From an uncultured Candidatus Saccharibacteria bacterium (GTDB lineage: Bacteria > Patescibacteriota > Minisyncoccia > Phycocordibacterales > UBA1006): a stretch of DNA of 64,000 nucleotides. Made by a program: the position numbers and the translations under genes. The notes beneath the pieces were generated by a model, which saw only the letters and a program-made list of their open reading frames with translations, did no database searches and was not told the DNA's origin. This document shows, one piece after another, positions 1-9,689 of this stretch. Location: the NCBI GenBank assembly GCA_964415895.1, contig CAYQCC010000001.1, positions 119,073 through 183,072 of the forward strand, read 5' to 3'. Each line of letters opens with the position of its first letter. The stretch's first letter is position 1.

Positions 1-199
1 AATCTTTTCGTTTCTTTGATTCTTTTGTGACGACGTCAATTGTTTGCTCGTCTGTTAATTCTGTTTGTGGAGTTCCTCCGTTAGCAACAGAGTAATTCAT
101 GAATGCTGTTGAAAGTCCGCGTAATACATTTAATCGAACAGTATCTTTTGCTTTCATGGCGTCTTTGATTCCGCCTTTAATTGTTTCTTGAAGTGACAT
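1..199 (-). CDS. GatB/YqeY-domain protein, 3' part outside window (ATG at 199)
   Basis: Minus-strand translation MSLQETIKGGIKDAMKAKDTVRLNVLRGLSTAFMNY... resembles YqeY/GatB_Yqey N-terminus; not in ORF track because it runs off the window edge. Confidence 0.55.
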   Translation of the reverse strand, partial: MSLQETIKGGIKDAMKAKDTVRLNVLRGLSTAFMNYSVANGGTPQTELTDEQTIDVVTKESKKRKD

Positions 200-237
200 A
201 TGGTGGGATTATATCATGAAAAATAGAAATGAAAAAT

Positions 238-274
238 CTGTAATGACCATATTTTGAATAGGTGGTCATTACAG
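238..274 (-). terminator. Perfect 12-bp inverted repeat (ctgtaatgacca/tggtcattacag) followed by T-rich run on minus strand
   Basis: Seen directly; lies just downstream of minus ORF 296..559. Confidence 0.5.
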
Positions 275-295
275 ATAGTAGGTATTTTATGTTTT

Positions 296-559
296 TTAGA
301 AAGCTTTTTCCACGATTGTGCACAACTCACGCATTGTTATTGGAATGTGGTAATACGTTTGTTGTCCATAGGCAATGGATTCAATAGTTGGAAAACCTTT
401 TGGCCTTCCTGCAAGGAACAGCATGCCTGCATAATCGTCTCGATGGATAAGTCCAAAAGACTGGTTTGCTGTGGCTTTGCATCTTTTCACAAATTTGCGG
501 ATCTTTTTCAGCAGTTTTGTGATTTGGCGTTTAAGTGACTCTAGTGCTTTCATTTTCAA
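296..559 (-). CDS. Hypothetical small basic protein (87 aa)
   Basis: Lys-rich N-terminus, followed by hairpin terminator; overlapping plus ORF 254..538 is Cys-rich and looks spurious. Confidence 0.4.
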   Translation of the reverse strand: MKMKALESLKRQITKLLKKIRKFVKRCKATANQSFGLIHRDDYAGMLFLAGRPKGFPTIESIAYGQQTYYHIPITMRELCTIVEKAF

Positions 560-1731
560 TTTTTTATTTGGTTATCTTTAAACTCTATACCTGTATTCCA
601 GATTCGTCAAGCTGTTTCTCTTCACTCATAAAATTTGGTATACTTCATCACATGACTGCAATACTTATTATCTTACTCGTTATCATTACCCTACTGTTAA
701 TTTATGTAGGATTTTTCAAGAAACCACCAGAACAAAAAGCTGACGATACAGGATTGAAATTGATTCTTCAGCAACTAAATGAAGTATCACGAACCGTTGA
801 TGATCGTATGCACAAAATGTCCGAGGTTGTTGATACAAAAATGAACCGCTCGTCCGACATTGTTCAAAAATCTTTGGAAAATCAATTCTCTGAATCACAA
901 AAACTAATTCGTGAAATTACTCGAGAACTAACAGAGGTAAAAGAAACTGGAAAACAAGTTATGGGATTTGCTGATCAGCTGCAATCACTTCAAGATATTT
1001 TGAAAAACCCAAAGCAGCGTGGAGTGCTTGGTGAGTATTATCTGGAAACATTATTAAAAAATGTGCTTCCACCAAACTCGTTCCAGATGCAATACGGATT
1101 TCTGAATGGAGAAATTGTGGATGCTGTTGTATTTATTAAAGATAAGGTTATTTGTATTGACTCGAAATTCAGTCTTGAAAATTATAATAAGATGGTTGAA
1201 ATGCAAGATCCGGTTGAAAAGGATAAGCTTGAGAAATTGTTCGTAAACGATTTAAAGAATCGAATTTCTGAAACATCAAAATATATTCGACCGAATGAAA
1301 ATACGATGGACTTTGCGTTTATGTTCATTCCGCACGAGGCAATCTACTATGATCTATTAACAAACAAGGTTGGAGCGCTGCGTGAAGAGTCTGAAAACCT
1401 AATCCAGCGTGCTGCAAGTAAATATAAAGTGATTATCGTATCACCTACGAGCTTCCTAGCATATCTACAAACGGTACTGCAGGGCTTGAAAGCGATGCAG
1501 ATCGAGGAAACAGCAAAGGATATCATCAAACGTGTAGATGAACTTGGAAAACATTTGAAAGTCTATGAAGATTATCACGGGAAGCTCGGCAATTCCCTGT
1601 CTACCACGATCAATCACTTCAATGCGTCTAACAAGGAGCTGCGAAAGATTGATAAGGATGTGATGCGAATCACCGGAGAAAGCATCGGAATTGATTCATT
1701 ATTGATTGAAAAACCTGAAAGTGAAGAGTAA
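535..1731 (+). CDS. rmuC: DNA recombination protein RmuC (probable start 652)
   Basis: N-terminal TM helix, coiled-coil region, RmuC-type motifs (VICIDSKFSLENY, DFAFMFIPHEAIYY); terminator hairpin at 1735-1765. Confidence 0.7.
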   Translation: MTLVLSFSIFYLVIFKLYTCIPDSSSCFSSLIKFGILHHMTAILIILLVIITLLLIYVGFFKKPPEQKADDTGLKLILQQLNEVSRTVDDRMHKMSEVVDTKMNRSSDIVQKSLENQFSESQKLIREITRELTEVKETGKQVMGFADQLQSLQDILKNPKQRGVLGEYYLETLLKNVLPPNSFQMQYGFLNGEIVDAVVFIKDKVICIDSKFSLENYNKMVEMQDPVEKDKLEKLFVNDLKNRISETSKYIRPNENTMDFAFMFIPHEAIYYDLLTNKVGALREESENLIQRAASKYKVIIVSPTSFLAYLQTVLQGLKAMQIEETAKDIIKRVDELGKHLKVYEDYHGKLGNSLSTTINHFNASNKELRKIDKDVMRITGESIGIDSLLIEKPESEE

Positions 1732-1779
1732 ACAAAATCCACGAATAAATTCGTGGATTTGTATTTTAATAAAATTAAA

Positions 1780-2979
1780 CTAATTGTACATTATTTGCAT
1801 GAAATGCATACGTTTAGCTATAAGGCCCCAAGGAATCTCTGCTACATTTCCTGCGTCATTATGAATCACGCCTTCCATGTGAGGAGCGATATGAGTCATC
1901 TCGGTTAAATAATTGCCTGCTGGGTTTATAACATAGTTATTCAACAATGACCAAGACCCTACAAATTTTGGAAAAGGTGACGAATCTATGGGCACGATTC
2001 TCGAAAGGCGTTCATGCGATATAAATTGGACATAGTCTTTTGCAAGCTCTGGCCAATCAGCAGTAAGTTGATGAATCTTACCGACGATATCCATTATTTC
2101 TTTTTCAAAATTAGGATTTAGATCAACGGCAAGATCAAATATCTGGCGCATGAATCTGACATAAGCAATCTCGAACGTGTCATAGCAAAAATAATACTGA
2201 TTTAACATGTTTTTTAGAAAAGTATCTTTTGCTATAAGAGATCTTACCTTTGGATCTGTTTCCATAAAGACCGAATGAAGCAATCCGTCGTGGCTCGTTA
2301 CATGATAAAGTATATGGATTAATCGAATAACTTTTCGATAACTTTCCTGTTTTTGCATTATCGGAATAATCGCTGCATCAAAGATGATTGTCGGATGATT
2401 GATAGTAAGGTGAAATTCATATTTTTTATACGGAAGCTTATCCAAATAAATCTTTCCTTCACCATAAGCATATTGCTTTCCATCTAGTTCAACAAATTCT
2501 TGCCCAGTATAAAGAAACTTCAATGTGATAGGTTCTCTTAGTAAATCTTTACTAAAGATAAAATTTTGCTTTGTTGAGTATTGGTCCGAGCTTGTTAATA
2601 TATGAAACCAACCATTTATCATTTTATAAGAATGATTGATTGCATCATGGTGACCAACAGCGGCTCTGTACATCTTTTCCCAGTTCATATCAGTCATATG
2701 CTCAAAAGGACAAAAATTGAAGCCGAATACAGAAGTCATCACATCTTCTTTAATGGCTAGATTTTCTTTTATTATTTCCTGGTAAGGCTTTAAAAAGAAA
2801 TTCATCTTGCAGTAATAAAGAAGCTTTTGCTTCCAGTTCTTTCCTGAAATTAAATCCAGTTTGTTAAAATCTACTTTTGACCTGTACATTACTTGGTCGA
2901 GTCTTTTCTGAAGATCCATATGGTTTGTTTTTAAGTTGAAAATAATAGTTACTAACGACAAATTATCATAATATATCAT
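1780..2979 (-). CDS. Large hypothetical protein (about 380-399 aa), no recognised domain
   Basis: Long uninterrupted ORF, no TM or signal peptide; probable start at internal Met (2919). Confidence 0.5.
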   Translation of the reverse strand: MIYYDNLSLVTIIFNLKTNHMDLQKRLDQVMYRSKVDFNKLDLISGKNWKQKLLYYCKMNFFLKPYQEIIKENLAIKEDVMTSVFGFNFCPFEHMTDMNWEKMYRAAVGHHDAINHSYKMINGWFHILTSSDQYSTKQNFIFSKDLLREPITLKFLYTGQEFVELDGKQYAYGEGKIYLDKLPYKKYEFHLTINHPTIIFDAAIIPIMQKQESYRKVIRLIHILYHVTSHDGLLHSVFMETDPKVRSLIAKDTFLKNMLNQYYFCYDTFEIAYVRFMRQIFDLAVDLNPNFEKEIMDIVGKIHQLTADWPELAKDYVQFISHERLSRIVPIDSSPFPKFVGSWSLLNNYVINPAGNYLTEMTHIAPHMEGVIHNDAGNVAEIPWGLIAKRMHFMQIMYN

Positions 2980-3044
2980 TATGTCAATAGTTACAAAACC
3001 TTTATTTTATGCTATTTTAGGCGAGGTCAAATTATTAGCTATTA

Positions 3045-4190
3045 ATGCGCTCTCCTAACCCTTTCCCACTTCAGATTACGGCTGCGGAAAGATGGAAGCG
3101 CCAATTATTTATGACAAATACAAGCACAGATCTTGCTGAATTGATGAAAGGCATCATGGCAGGAGAAGCATACAAGCCACTTATTTTAGGTGACTTAGTA
3201 GAAGGAACCGTAATCACAACATCAGGTATCACTATGTACATTGATTTGGGAATCTACGGAACCGGTATTATCTACGGACGAGAATTCTTGAATGCAAAAG
3301 ACATGATCAAGAATATTAATGTCGGAGATACGGTAAAAGGTAAAATTATCGAAACAGAAAATGAAAATGGTTACATCGAACTTTCATTGAAAGAAGCTCG
3401 CCAAGCGTTGGTTTGGTCAGATGCTGATAAGATGATGAAGTCAGGTGAAATCCTAGAACTTCCTGTTAAAGAGGCAAACAAAGGAGGTTTGATGGTTGAA
3501 TGGCAAGGTATCCAAGGATTCCTTCCAGCTTCACAGCTTAAGGCTGAGCACTATCCTCGCGTTGACGACGGTGACAAAGACGAAATCTTGAAAGAGCTTA
3601 AAAAACTTATTTCAAAGAAACTAGCTCTTACTATCATTGGAGTTAATCCAAAGGAAGGAAAATTGATTTTCTCTGAAAAAGGAAATATCAAAGAAGAGAA
3701 AAAAGAAATCGCTACTAAATACTCAGTTGGAGATGTGTTGGACACAGAAGTTTCAGGTATTGTAGATTTCGGAGTATTCCTTCGAATCGAAAACAATCTG
3801 GAAGGATTGGTTCACATCTCTGAGATGGACTGGTCATTGGTAGATGATCCTCGCGTATTGTTCAAACTTGGTGACAAGGTTCAGGCCAAGATCATCGAGA
3901 TCAAGAACGGAAAGATTTCATTGTCTATCAAGTCATTGAAAGAAAATCCTTGGACAAAAGTTGAAGGAAAATACAAGAAAGACGATGTTGTTTCAGGTGT
4001 GGTTATCAAGTTCAACAAGCACGGTGCCTTGGTTGCGATCGAGGAAGGTGTTGCTGGTTTGATCCACGTTTCTGAATTCGGCGATGAAAAGAAATTGAAA
4101 GAAAAGCTTTCTCTAGGGAAATCATATTCATTCAAGATCACATTGTTTGATCCAAAAGAACACCGAATGACTCTTGCTATTGTAGATTAA
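3045..4190 (+). CDS. rpsA: 30S ribosomal protein S1-like (four S1 repeats; probable start 3111)
   Basis: Repeated S1-domain signatures (GDxVxGxV..., VHISE..., IHVSE...) ; terminator 4196-4227. Confidence 0.8.
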   Translation: MRSPNPFPLQITAAERWKRQLFMTNTSTDLAELMKGIMAGEAYKPLILGDLVEGTVITTSGITMYIDLGIYGTGIIYGREFLNAKDMIKNINVGDTVKGKIIETENENGYIELSLKEARQALVWSDADKMMKSGEILELPVKEANKGGLMVEWQGIQGFLPASQLKAEHYPRVDDGDKDEILKELKKLISKKLALTIIGVNPKEGKLIFSEKGNIKEEKKEIATKYSVGDVLDTEVSGIVDFGVFLRIENNLEGLVHISEMDWSLVDDPRVLFKLGDKVQAKIIEIKNGKISLSIKSLKENPWTKVEGKYKKDDVVSGVVIKFNKHGALVAIEEGVAGLIHVSEFGDEKKLKEKLSLGKSYSFKITLFDPKEHRMTLAIVD

Positions 4191-4227
4191 TCTACGCAAT
4201 AAAAAACCACTCTTATTGGGTGGTTTT

Positions 4228-4797
4228 TTATTGATTATAAATTGTCATAGCCTTTTCTTTTCCTTCCGTTAGGATAGTTCCAATTGCTTTATGGATTGTT
4301 TTGGCAGTTTCTTGCAATGTTTCAAGTTCGCTTGGTTCAAAATGTCCAAGCACTGCTGGTTTTACCAATTCCCCATTTTCAAGAATGCGAGATATTCCAA
4401 TACGGATACGGATAAATTCTCGACTTCCTAAATGTTCTTCGATTGATTTTATTCCATTATGACCGCCGCTTCCTCGGTCAAATGAAATTTTAAACTTTCC
4501 AAGTGCTAAATCTAAATCATCGTACATGACAATGATGTTTTCAGGGCTAATACCTTCTTTAGAAATGAAATAATCTGCAGTCTTGCCTGATTCGTTCATG
4601 AATGTGTTTGGTTTAGCAATTTGGAACGTAGCGTTTCCAATCTCAGCCGTGGAAACTTCTGCAAATGCATATTTATTTTCATGCCAATCAAGATCTGAAA
4701 ATGCATTATCAGCAACAAGCCAACCCGCATTGTGACGAGTTTTTGCATATTGATTTCCTGGATTTCCAAGTGCGATAATGGCGTACATAACGTCCAT
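4228..4797 (-). CDS. pth: Peptidyl-tRNA hydrolase
   Basis: MYAIIALGNPGNQYAKTRHNAGW... canonical Pth N-terminus and catalytic His region. Confidence 0.85.
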   Translation of the reverse strand: MDVMYAIIALGNPGNQYAKTRHNAGWLVADNAFSDLDWHENKYAFAEVSTAEIGNATFQIAKPNTFMNESGKTADYFISKEGISPENIIVMYDDLDLALGKFKISFDRGSGGHNGIKSIEEHLGSREFIRIRIGISRILENGELVKPAVLGHFEPSELETLQETAKTIHKAIGTILTEGKEKAMTIYNQ

Positions 4798-4806
4798 GGT
4801 AGCATA

Positions 4807-6174
4807 TTATGCATTATTTACCACAGACTCGGCATTTTCAATTCTTTTACCCACTATTACGAAGACTATATTTGCAATGAGCAGTATAATCATAAATATA
4901 GCAATCCATAACATATTGCGGAAATTACCTTTTACAGATGGTTCGATAACCTGAGCCGCTTCTGCAGATGAAAACAAGGATTCCTCGATTGGCTCAGGTT
5001 GAGCTATTGGTTGAATAGTAGGCGTGCTTGAATATGTTATCGATTTAGTTTTTTGTTCAGAAGTATTATATCCATCAGATGTGAAAAGACTTGGAGATTG
5101 AGACCAATTACTTAGTTTGTGAATTTGAAATGGAATCAGCACTGAGCCATCTTTTGGAATAACGGTATCAACGGGAAATCTGAATGATTGATTGCTTGAT
5201 TTCAAATCCCAATTGCCTATATTTAATTCATTTGTTGATTGATTTGAAAGCGTGATTAATCCATTTGTGTGATTGATGGAAACTGATACTGATGCAGGAA
5301 TAACTGTGATCGTTTGTTTATGGATAGTGTTAGGTTCTTCTTTAAATGAATCACTATAATATCGTAGTATAACGACATACGTTCCTGGATAATGATAGAT
5401 ATAGTTAAATGAGGTGCTTCGATCAAATATATACGAACCTCCATCGCCCATTGTCCATTCAAACCGTCCACCAAGAGAAACTAACCCTTTACCGTCCTTT
5501 TTCACAGTTGAATCAAACACTGCAGGATTTTTCTGAATTATAATCTCAGGAATAATCATTTGTGCTGAGTAGACAGAATCTGCTCGGATGAATATTTTTG
5601 CTTCTTCTTCGTCTATAGCACTGTTTGTTTCGTCATCTGGTGGATCTTCATCATTGGGGTCATTATTGACTGTTACATTCGCTGCTGAAGGCGTAGGTGC
5701 TCCTGTTATCCATGTTGAGCCTTTACGCTGCATAGTTTCTTTTGTTGTCGCGTTTCCCGCAGTCCATCCAGATGTCATATTTACCGTATCGATAACTTGT
5801 TCTGTATTATTCTTTAAACTAAAGTTTTCTCCAGTATTACTCATAGCTCCACTGTAAATAACTCCTGCAGTGATGGCAGGGATCGTATTGTCATCGGTTC
5901 GCTCGAGCAACATATAACCACCAGCACTTATTGAACCTGTTAAATTAATTGATGGAGACCCGTCACTTGCTTTTAATGTCCAACCATCAACAGTGACAGC
6001 AGATGTCCCGCTATTAAATAGTTCAATCCATTCGTCGTTTGCTGATGTAGCGGTACCCATCCATGCAATTTCATTGACAATAACGTCTGCATGTACTGTG
6101 TGACACATAAAAAATATTCCACATATAAATATAAAAACGACATGTCGATAATTCATACATGTCGTTTTTATCAT
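4807..6174 (-). CDS. Secreted membrane-anchored protein with lamin-tail domain (LTD) and PKD-like domain (probable start 6156)
   Basis: Signal peptide, LTD signature VIVNEIAWMG...DEWIELFN...VDGWTL...AGGYMLL, PKD-like FEWTMGDGGSY...HYPGTYVV, C-terminal TM helix. Confidence 0.6.
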   Translation of the reverse strand: MIKTTCMNYRHVVFIFICGIFFMCHTVHADVIVNEIAWMGTATSANDEWIELFNSGTSAVTVDGWTLKASDGSPSINLTGSISAGGYMLLERTDDNTIPAITAGVIYSGAMSNTGENFSLKNNTEQVIDTVNMTSGWTAGNATTKETMQRKGSTWITGAPTPSAANVTVNNDPNDEDPPDDETNSAIDEEEAKIFIRADSVYSAQMIIPEIIIQKNPAVFDSTVKKDGKGLVSLGGRFEWTMGDGGSYIFDRSTSFNYIYHYPGTYVVILRYYSDSFKEEPNTIHKQTITVIPASVSVSINHTNGLITLSNQSTNELNIGNWDLKSSNQSFRFPVDTVIPKDGSVLIPFQIHKLSNWSQSPSLFTSDGYNTSEQKTKSITYSSTPTIQPIAQPEPIEESLFSSAEAAQVIEPSVKGNFRNMLWIAIFMIILLIANIVFVIVGKRIENAESVVNNA

Positions 6175-6175
6175 A

Positions 6176-8278
6176 TTAATCTAAAATTTTCTTCAAGATT
6201 TCTTCTGGAACTTCACGAGTGGCTTTTGGGTGTTCAAAATTAAATTCTTCAGGTAAGTCAGTGGTGTCTGGCTCAGGAATAATTATTGGAGCTGAAGCTG
6301 CCTCCGTGCTTGGACTTATTGCTGGTGCAGACACAATGGTTGTTTGAATTTCTGGTTGAGTCTCCTTTGAACTTGTACCTACGATGACTTTTTGCAATGT
6401 ATCATGCAGTGATTCTGCAGGCACTTTCTTTATAGGTGCTGGTTTCTCGACAGTTTCTTGCTGTTTTATTTGCTGAGCTTTTTGTAATGCTTCAAGGAGT
6501 ACATTTTTTGTTTCAGTTTTTGCAGCGCGATCTTTGACCGGTTTTTCTAAACTCTTTGGCACAATGTTTACTGACTCAACCTTTATTTCTGGTTTTATTG
6601 TTTCTTTACTAACAGGTTTTGTTACAGTCTCGATTACTTCAGTCTCGCCTGATTCACCTAACTGATCTAGTAATCCAAATATTTGTGGAGATAATGTAAT
6701 CGGCATTTCTTCTTGAGCAGGTTTTGGGTCTTCTTTCTTTTCAATAGGCACAGAAGCCTGCGAAACAGTATCAAAAACAGGAGTTGATGTCGTAGGTGGC
6801 ATGGCAGATTTTGGAACAATAAATTGTGTTCCGCCGCCAAGTGGTGCCGCTTTTTGTGCATCATCCTTTCGAACAACCCTACGCTGTTCATTAAACCATC
6901 CCATAATCTTTTCCTCTACCTCTACTCTATTTTTTGCATACTGGCGGCGTGATGCCGCAATCACTGCTTCCAGTTGTGGCGGTTCAAGAGGCTGAATCGG
7001 CCCAAGTGTTGCAGCAGAAAATGGTCGTGAAGACATTCCATCAATCAATAACGTTAGGAACACTTGTCCAAATCCAATATTTTGCAAATCTTCACCCGTA
7101 AACACTGGGGTAAATACTCGTTCAAGAAATTCTGCATCGAATGGCCCTACACGGAAACTAATAATGGTTCCCATGTTTCCAAATACTGCATCACGAATAG
7201 ATTCCTCCATTTGTGCTACGAACTGGTTTGCAACGGTCAGAGCAAGTTTATATTTTCGTGCCTCTGAAAGAATGTTAGCAAATGAATCATTGGCAAAGTT
7301 TTGGAACTCATCTACATAAAAATATAATGGTGGAACCAATAAAAGTTGTTCTGGCGTCAGGTCTGCACGTGACATTGACGCTAGGTAAATTTTTGTAATG
7401 ATCAATGCGCCAATCAGTTTCGAACTTTCCTCCCCGATTAAACCTTTTGAAAGATTGATAATAACAATCTTCCGCTGATCCATAGCGTCTCGGAAATTGA
7501 ATGTTGATTTAGCTTGTCCGATGATATTTCGAGCAATTGGATTGGTCGTAAATTGTCCGATCTTGTTTACAAGTGCACCAATCGCCTCGCTCCATCGTTT
7601 GTCGTCCCACTTTGAAAGTTCGTCCCATGCATTTCGTACTGTTGGATCAGTTACATTTGCAATAACTTTTTTACGGAAATCTTTATCCGTTAACATTCGG
7701 TTTACAGACAAAAGGCTTGGTTCTGGGTATTCCAAGAGCGCAAGCATGCTATTGTTCAAGATATATTCCATTCGTCCTGAAAAGGCGTCTGGCCAGATCT
7801 TTTTAAATACAGTCATCAATCCATCAGCAATCAATGATCGCTCTGATGCGCTGGCACCTTCTGCGATTTCCATCGGATTAAAGGCCACTGGAAATTCAGA
7901 ATCTCCTGGCGAGAAATAAATTACATCATCAATTCGATTGCTTGGAATATATCGAAGAATTTTATCTGCACTTTCTCCGTGAGGATCCAAAAAGGCAATT
8001 CCATTCCCATTATAAATATCCTGAACGATCATGTTTTCAAGTAGAGTTGTTTTTCCAGTACCTGATTTTCCAATAACATACATATGGCGAAAACGATCCT
8101 TTGCGCGGATTCCAAACTTTGTCATTCCATTACGAAAATCTGTTTTTCCGAGATATGTTATTTCAGCTAAGTTGTCCATAATTACTGCATAGTATAAATG
8201 AATATACGCTTTTTTACAAACAATTTCATTCCCCAATCTCTCCCCAGTCTTGTACACTTCACCGACAGGCTCGCGCAT
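6176..8278 (-). CDS. TraD/VirD4/TrwB-family (type IV coupling-protein-like) P-loop ATPase with about 275-aa disordered P/E/K/T-rich C-terminal tail
   Basis: Walker A GKSGTGKTT, downstream AFLDPHGE motif typical of TrwB/VirD4/DUF87, Walker B YFYVDEFQNF; no N-terminal TM helices; 2-nt gap to LTD gene. Confidence 0.5.
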   Translation of the reverse strand: MREPVGEVYKTGERLGNEIVCKKAYIHLYYAVIMDNLAEITYLGKTDFRNGMTKFGIRAKDRFRHMYVIGKSGTGKTTLLENMIVQDIYNGNGIAFLDPHGESADKILRYIPSNRIDDVIYFSPGDSEFPVAFNPMEIAEGASASERSLIADGLMTVFKKIWPDAFSGRMEYILNNSMLALLEYPEPSLLSVNRMLTDKDFRKKVIANVTDPTVRNAWDELSKWDDKRWSEAIGALVNKIGQFTTNPIARNIIGQAKSTFNFRDAMDQRKIVIINLSKGLIGEESSKLIGALIITKIYLASMSRADLTPEQLLLVPPLYFYVDEFQNFANDSFANILSEARKYKLALTVANQFVAQMEESIRDAVFGNMGTIISFRVGPFDAEFLERVFTPVFTGEDLQNIGFGQVFLTLLIDGMSSRPFSAATLGPIQPLEPPQLEAVIAASRRQYAKNRVEVEEKIMGWFNEQRRVVRKDDAQKAAPLGGGTQFIVPKSAMPPTTSTPVFDTVSQASVPIEKKEDPKPAQEEMPITLSPQIFGLLDQLGESGETEVIETVTKPVSKETIKPEIKVESVNIVPKSLEKPVKDRAAKTETKNVLLEALQKAQQIKQQETVEKPAPIKKVPAESLHDTLQKVIVGTSSKETQPEIQTTIVSAPAISPSTEAASAPIIIPEPDTTDLPEEFNFEHPKATREVPEEILKKILD

Positions 8279-8292
8279 GATATGTTAGGAAT

Positions 8293-9687
8293 ATGAAACA
8301 AAAAGTCGGACAACACATTGTGCGCATTCCACCACAGGATATCGATGCGGAAAAAGCCTTACTAGGATCAATCATGGTTCGTCCAATCGGCGTACACGAT
8401 ATTATGGATGTTATTCGTCCAGAAACATTTTATGTCGAAAAACATGGAATGATTTACAAGGAAATGCTTGATTTAATTAATAAAGGCGAGCCAATTGATC
8501 TAGTATCGATGACAACAAAATTACGTGAACGAAAAGTATTGGAAACAGTTGGTGGTGTTGATTACTTACAAGAAATTGTAGCCATGGTTCCTGCTTCAAC
8601 AAACATTGGGCACTACGCTGATATTGTTTCAAAGAAATCAAGTTTGCGAAATCTTATTTCAGCTGGAGACGATGTTTCTGAAATGGGCTATCAGGAAGGT
8701 GAAGAAATTGAAGAAGTATTAGATCAGGCAGAGAAAAAGATATTAGACGTAACTAACAATGCAGGTCGCGTTAAAAAATTCGTAACAGCTCGTGATATTT
8801 TGCCTGAAACATACGAAACGATTCAACGACTTGCAGATAACAAACATGAATTGCGTGGTGTACCATCGGGTTATAAAAAATTGGATGATATGCTTGGTGG
8901 ATTCCAAAAATCTGACCTGGTTATTTTGGCAGCGCGACCATCAATGGGTAAGACTTCCCTTGCGATGGATATCGCACGAAAAGCTGCCATGATTCACAAT
9001 GTTCCTGTTGGAATCTTTTCACTTGAAATGTCCGCATTGTCATTGATGGATCGTATGCTTTCATCAGAAGCGAACGTTGATAGTTGGAAAATGCGAACGG
9101 GAAATCTGCGTGAACAAGACTGGCTGGATTTAACCGACGCTATGAGTCGTTTGCAAAAAGCCCCTATTTTAATTGACGACCAACCAGGAAATTCAATCTT
9201 GAAAATGCGTAGTACTGCGCGTCGAATGAAAATGGAACATGGTCTTGGAATGATTATTATCGATTATCTCCAATTAATTACGACTACAAAAAACTTTGAT
9301 TCGATGGTAAACCAAGTAACAGAAATTTCACGATCGTTAAAAGGATTGGCTCGAGAATTAAATGTTCCTGTTATTGCACTATCACAGTTGAACCGATCGG
9401 TTGAAACACGTGGTGGACGACCTCGACTATCTGATCTTCGTGATTCAGGATCTATCGAGCAAGATGCCGACGTAGTAATGTTTATTCACCGAGACAAAGA
9501 AGACCAGTCACAACTCGCGGAAATTCTTATTGAAAAACACCGAAATGGACCAACTGGAATGGTTGAATTGGTATTCGATGGTAGTAAGACAACCTTTATC
9601 GAGGTTGAGAAACGAGACTTTAGTGATTTTGCACCAGCTGCAGCGGCTCCTGGAGCACCAGGTGGATTCGTAGAAGATAACTTTTAA
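8293..9687 (+). CDS. dnaB: Replicative DNA helicase DnaB
   Basis: DnaB N-terminal domain plus RecA-like core (GKTSLAMDIA, Walker B IIIDYLQL). Confidence 0.9.
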   Translation: MKQKVGQHIVRIPPQDIDAEKALLGSIMVRPIGVHDIMDVIRPETFYVEKHGMIYKEMLDLINKGEPIDLVSMTTKLRERKVLETVGGVDYLQEIVAMVPASTNIGHYADIVSKKSSLRNLISAGDDVSEMGYQEGEEIEEVLDQAEKKILDVTNNAGRVKKFVTARDILPETYETIQRLADNKHELRGVPSGYKKLDDMLGGFQKSDLVILAARPSMGKTSLAMDIARKAAMIHNVPVGIFSLEMSALSLMDRMLSSEANVDSWKMRTGNLREQDWLDLTDAMSRLQKAPILIDDQPGNSILKMRSTARRMKMEHGLGMIIIDYLQLITTTKNFDSMVNQVTEISRSLKGLARELNVPVIALSQLNRSVETRGGRPRLSDLRDSGSIEQDADVVMFIHRDKEDQSQLAEILIEKHRNGPTGMVELVFDGSKTTFIEVEKRDFSDFAPAAAAPGAPGGFVEDNF

Positions 9688-9689
9688 TC

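Noticed and set aside
254-538. Plus-strand 94-aa ORF overlapping the 87-aa minus ORF
   Set aside because: Cys/Phe-rich nonsense-like composition; the antisense minus ORF has a terminator and a basic protein-like sequence
5588-5857. Antisense ORFs inside long genes (e.g. 5588..5857, 7497..7919, 14489..14731, 35524..35811, 58110..58667 and many others in the track)
   Set aside because: Embedded in, and antisense or out of frame to, well-supported conserved genes; no independent signals
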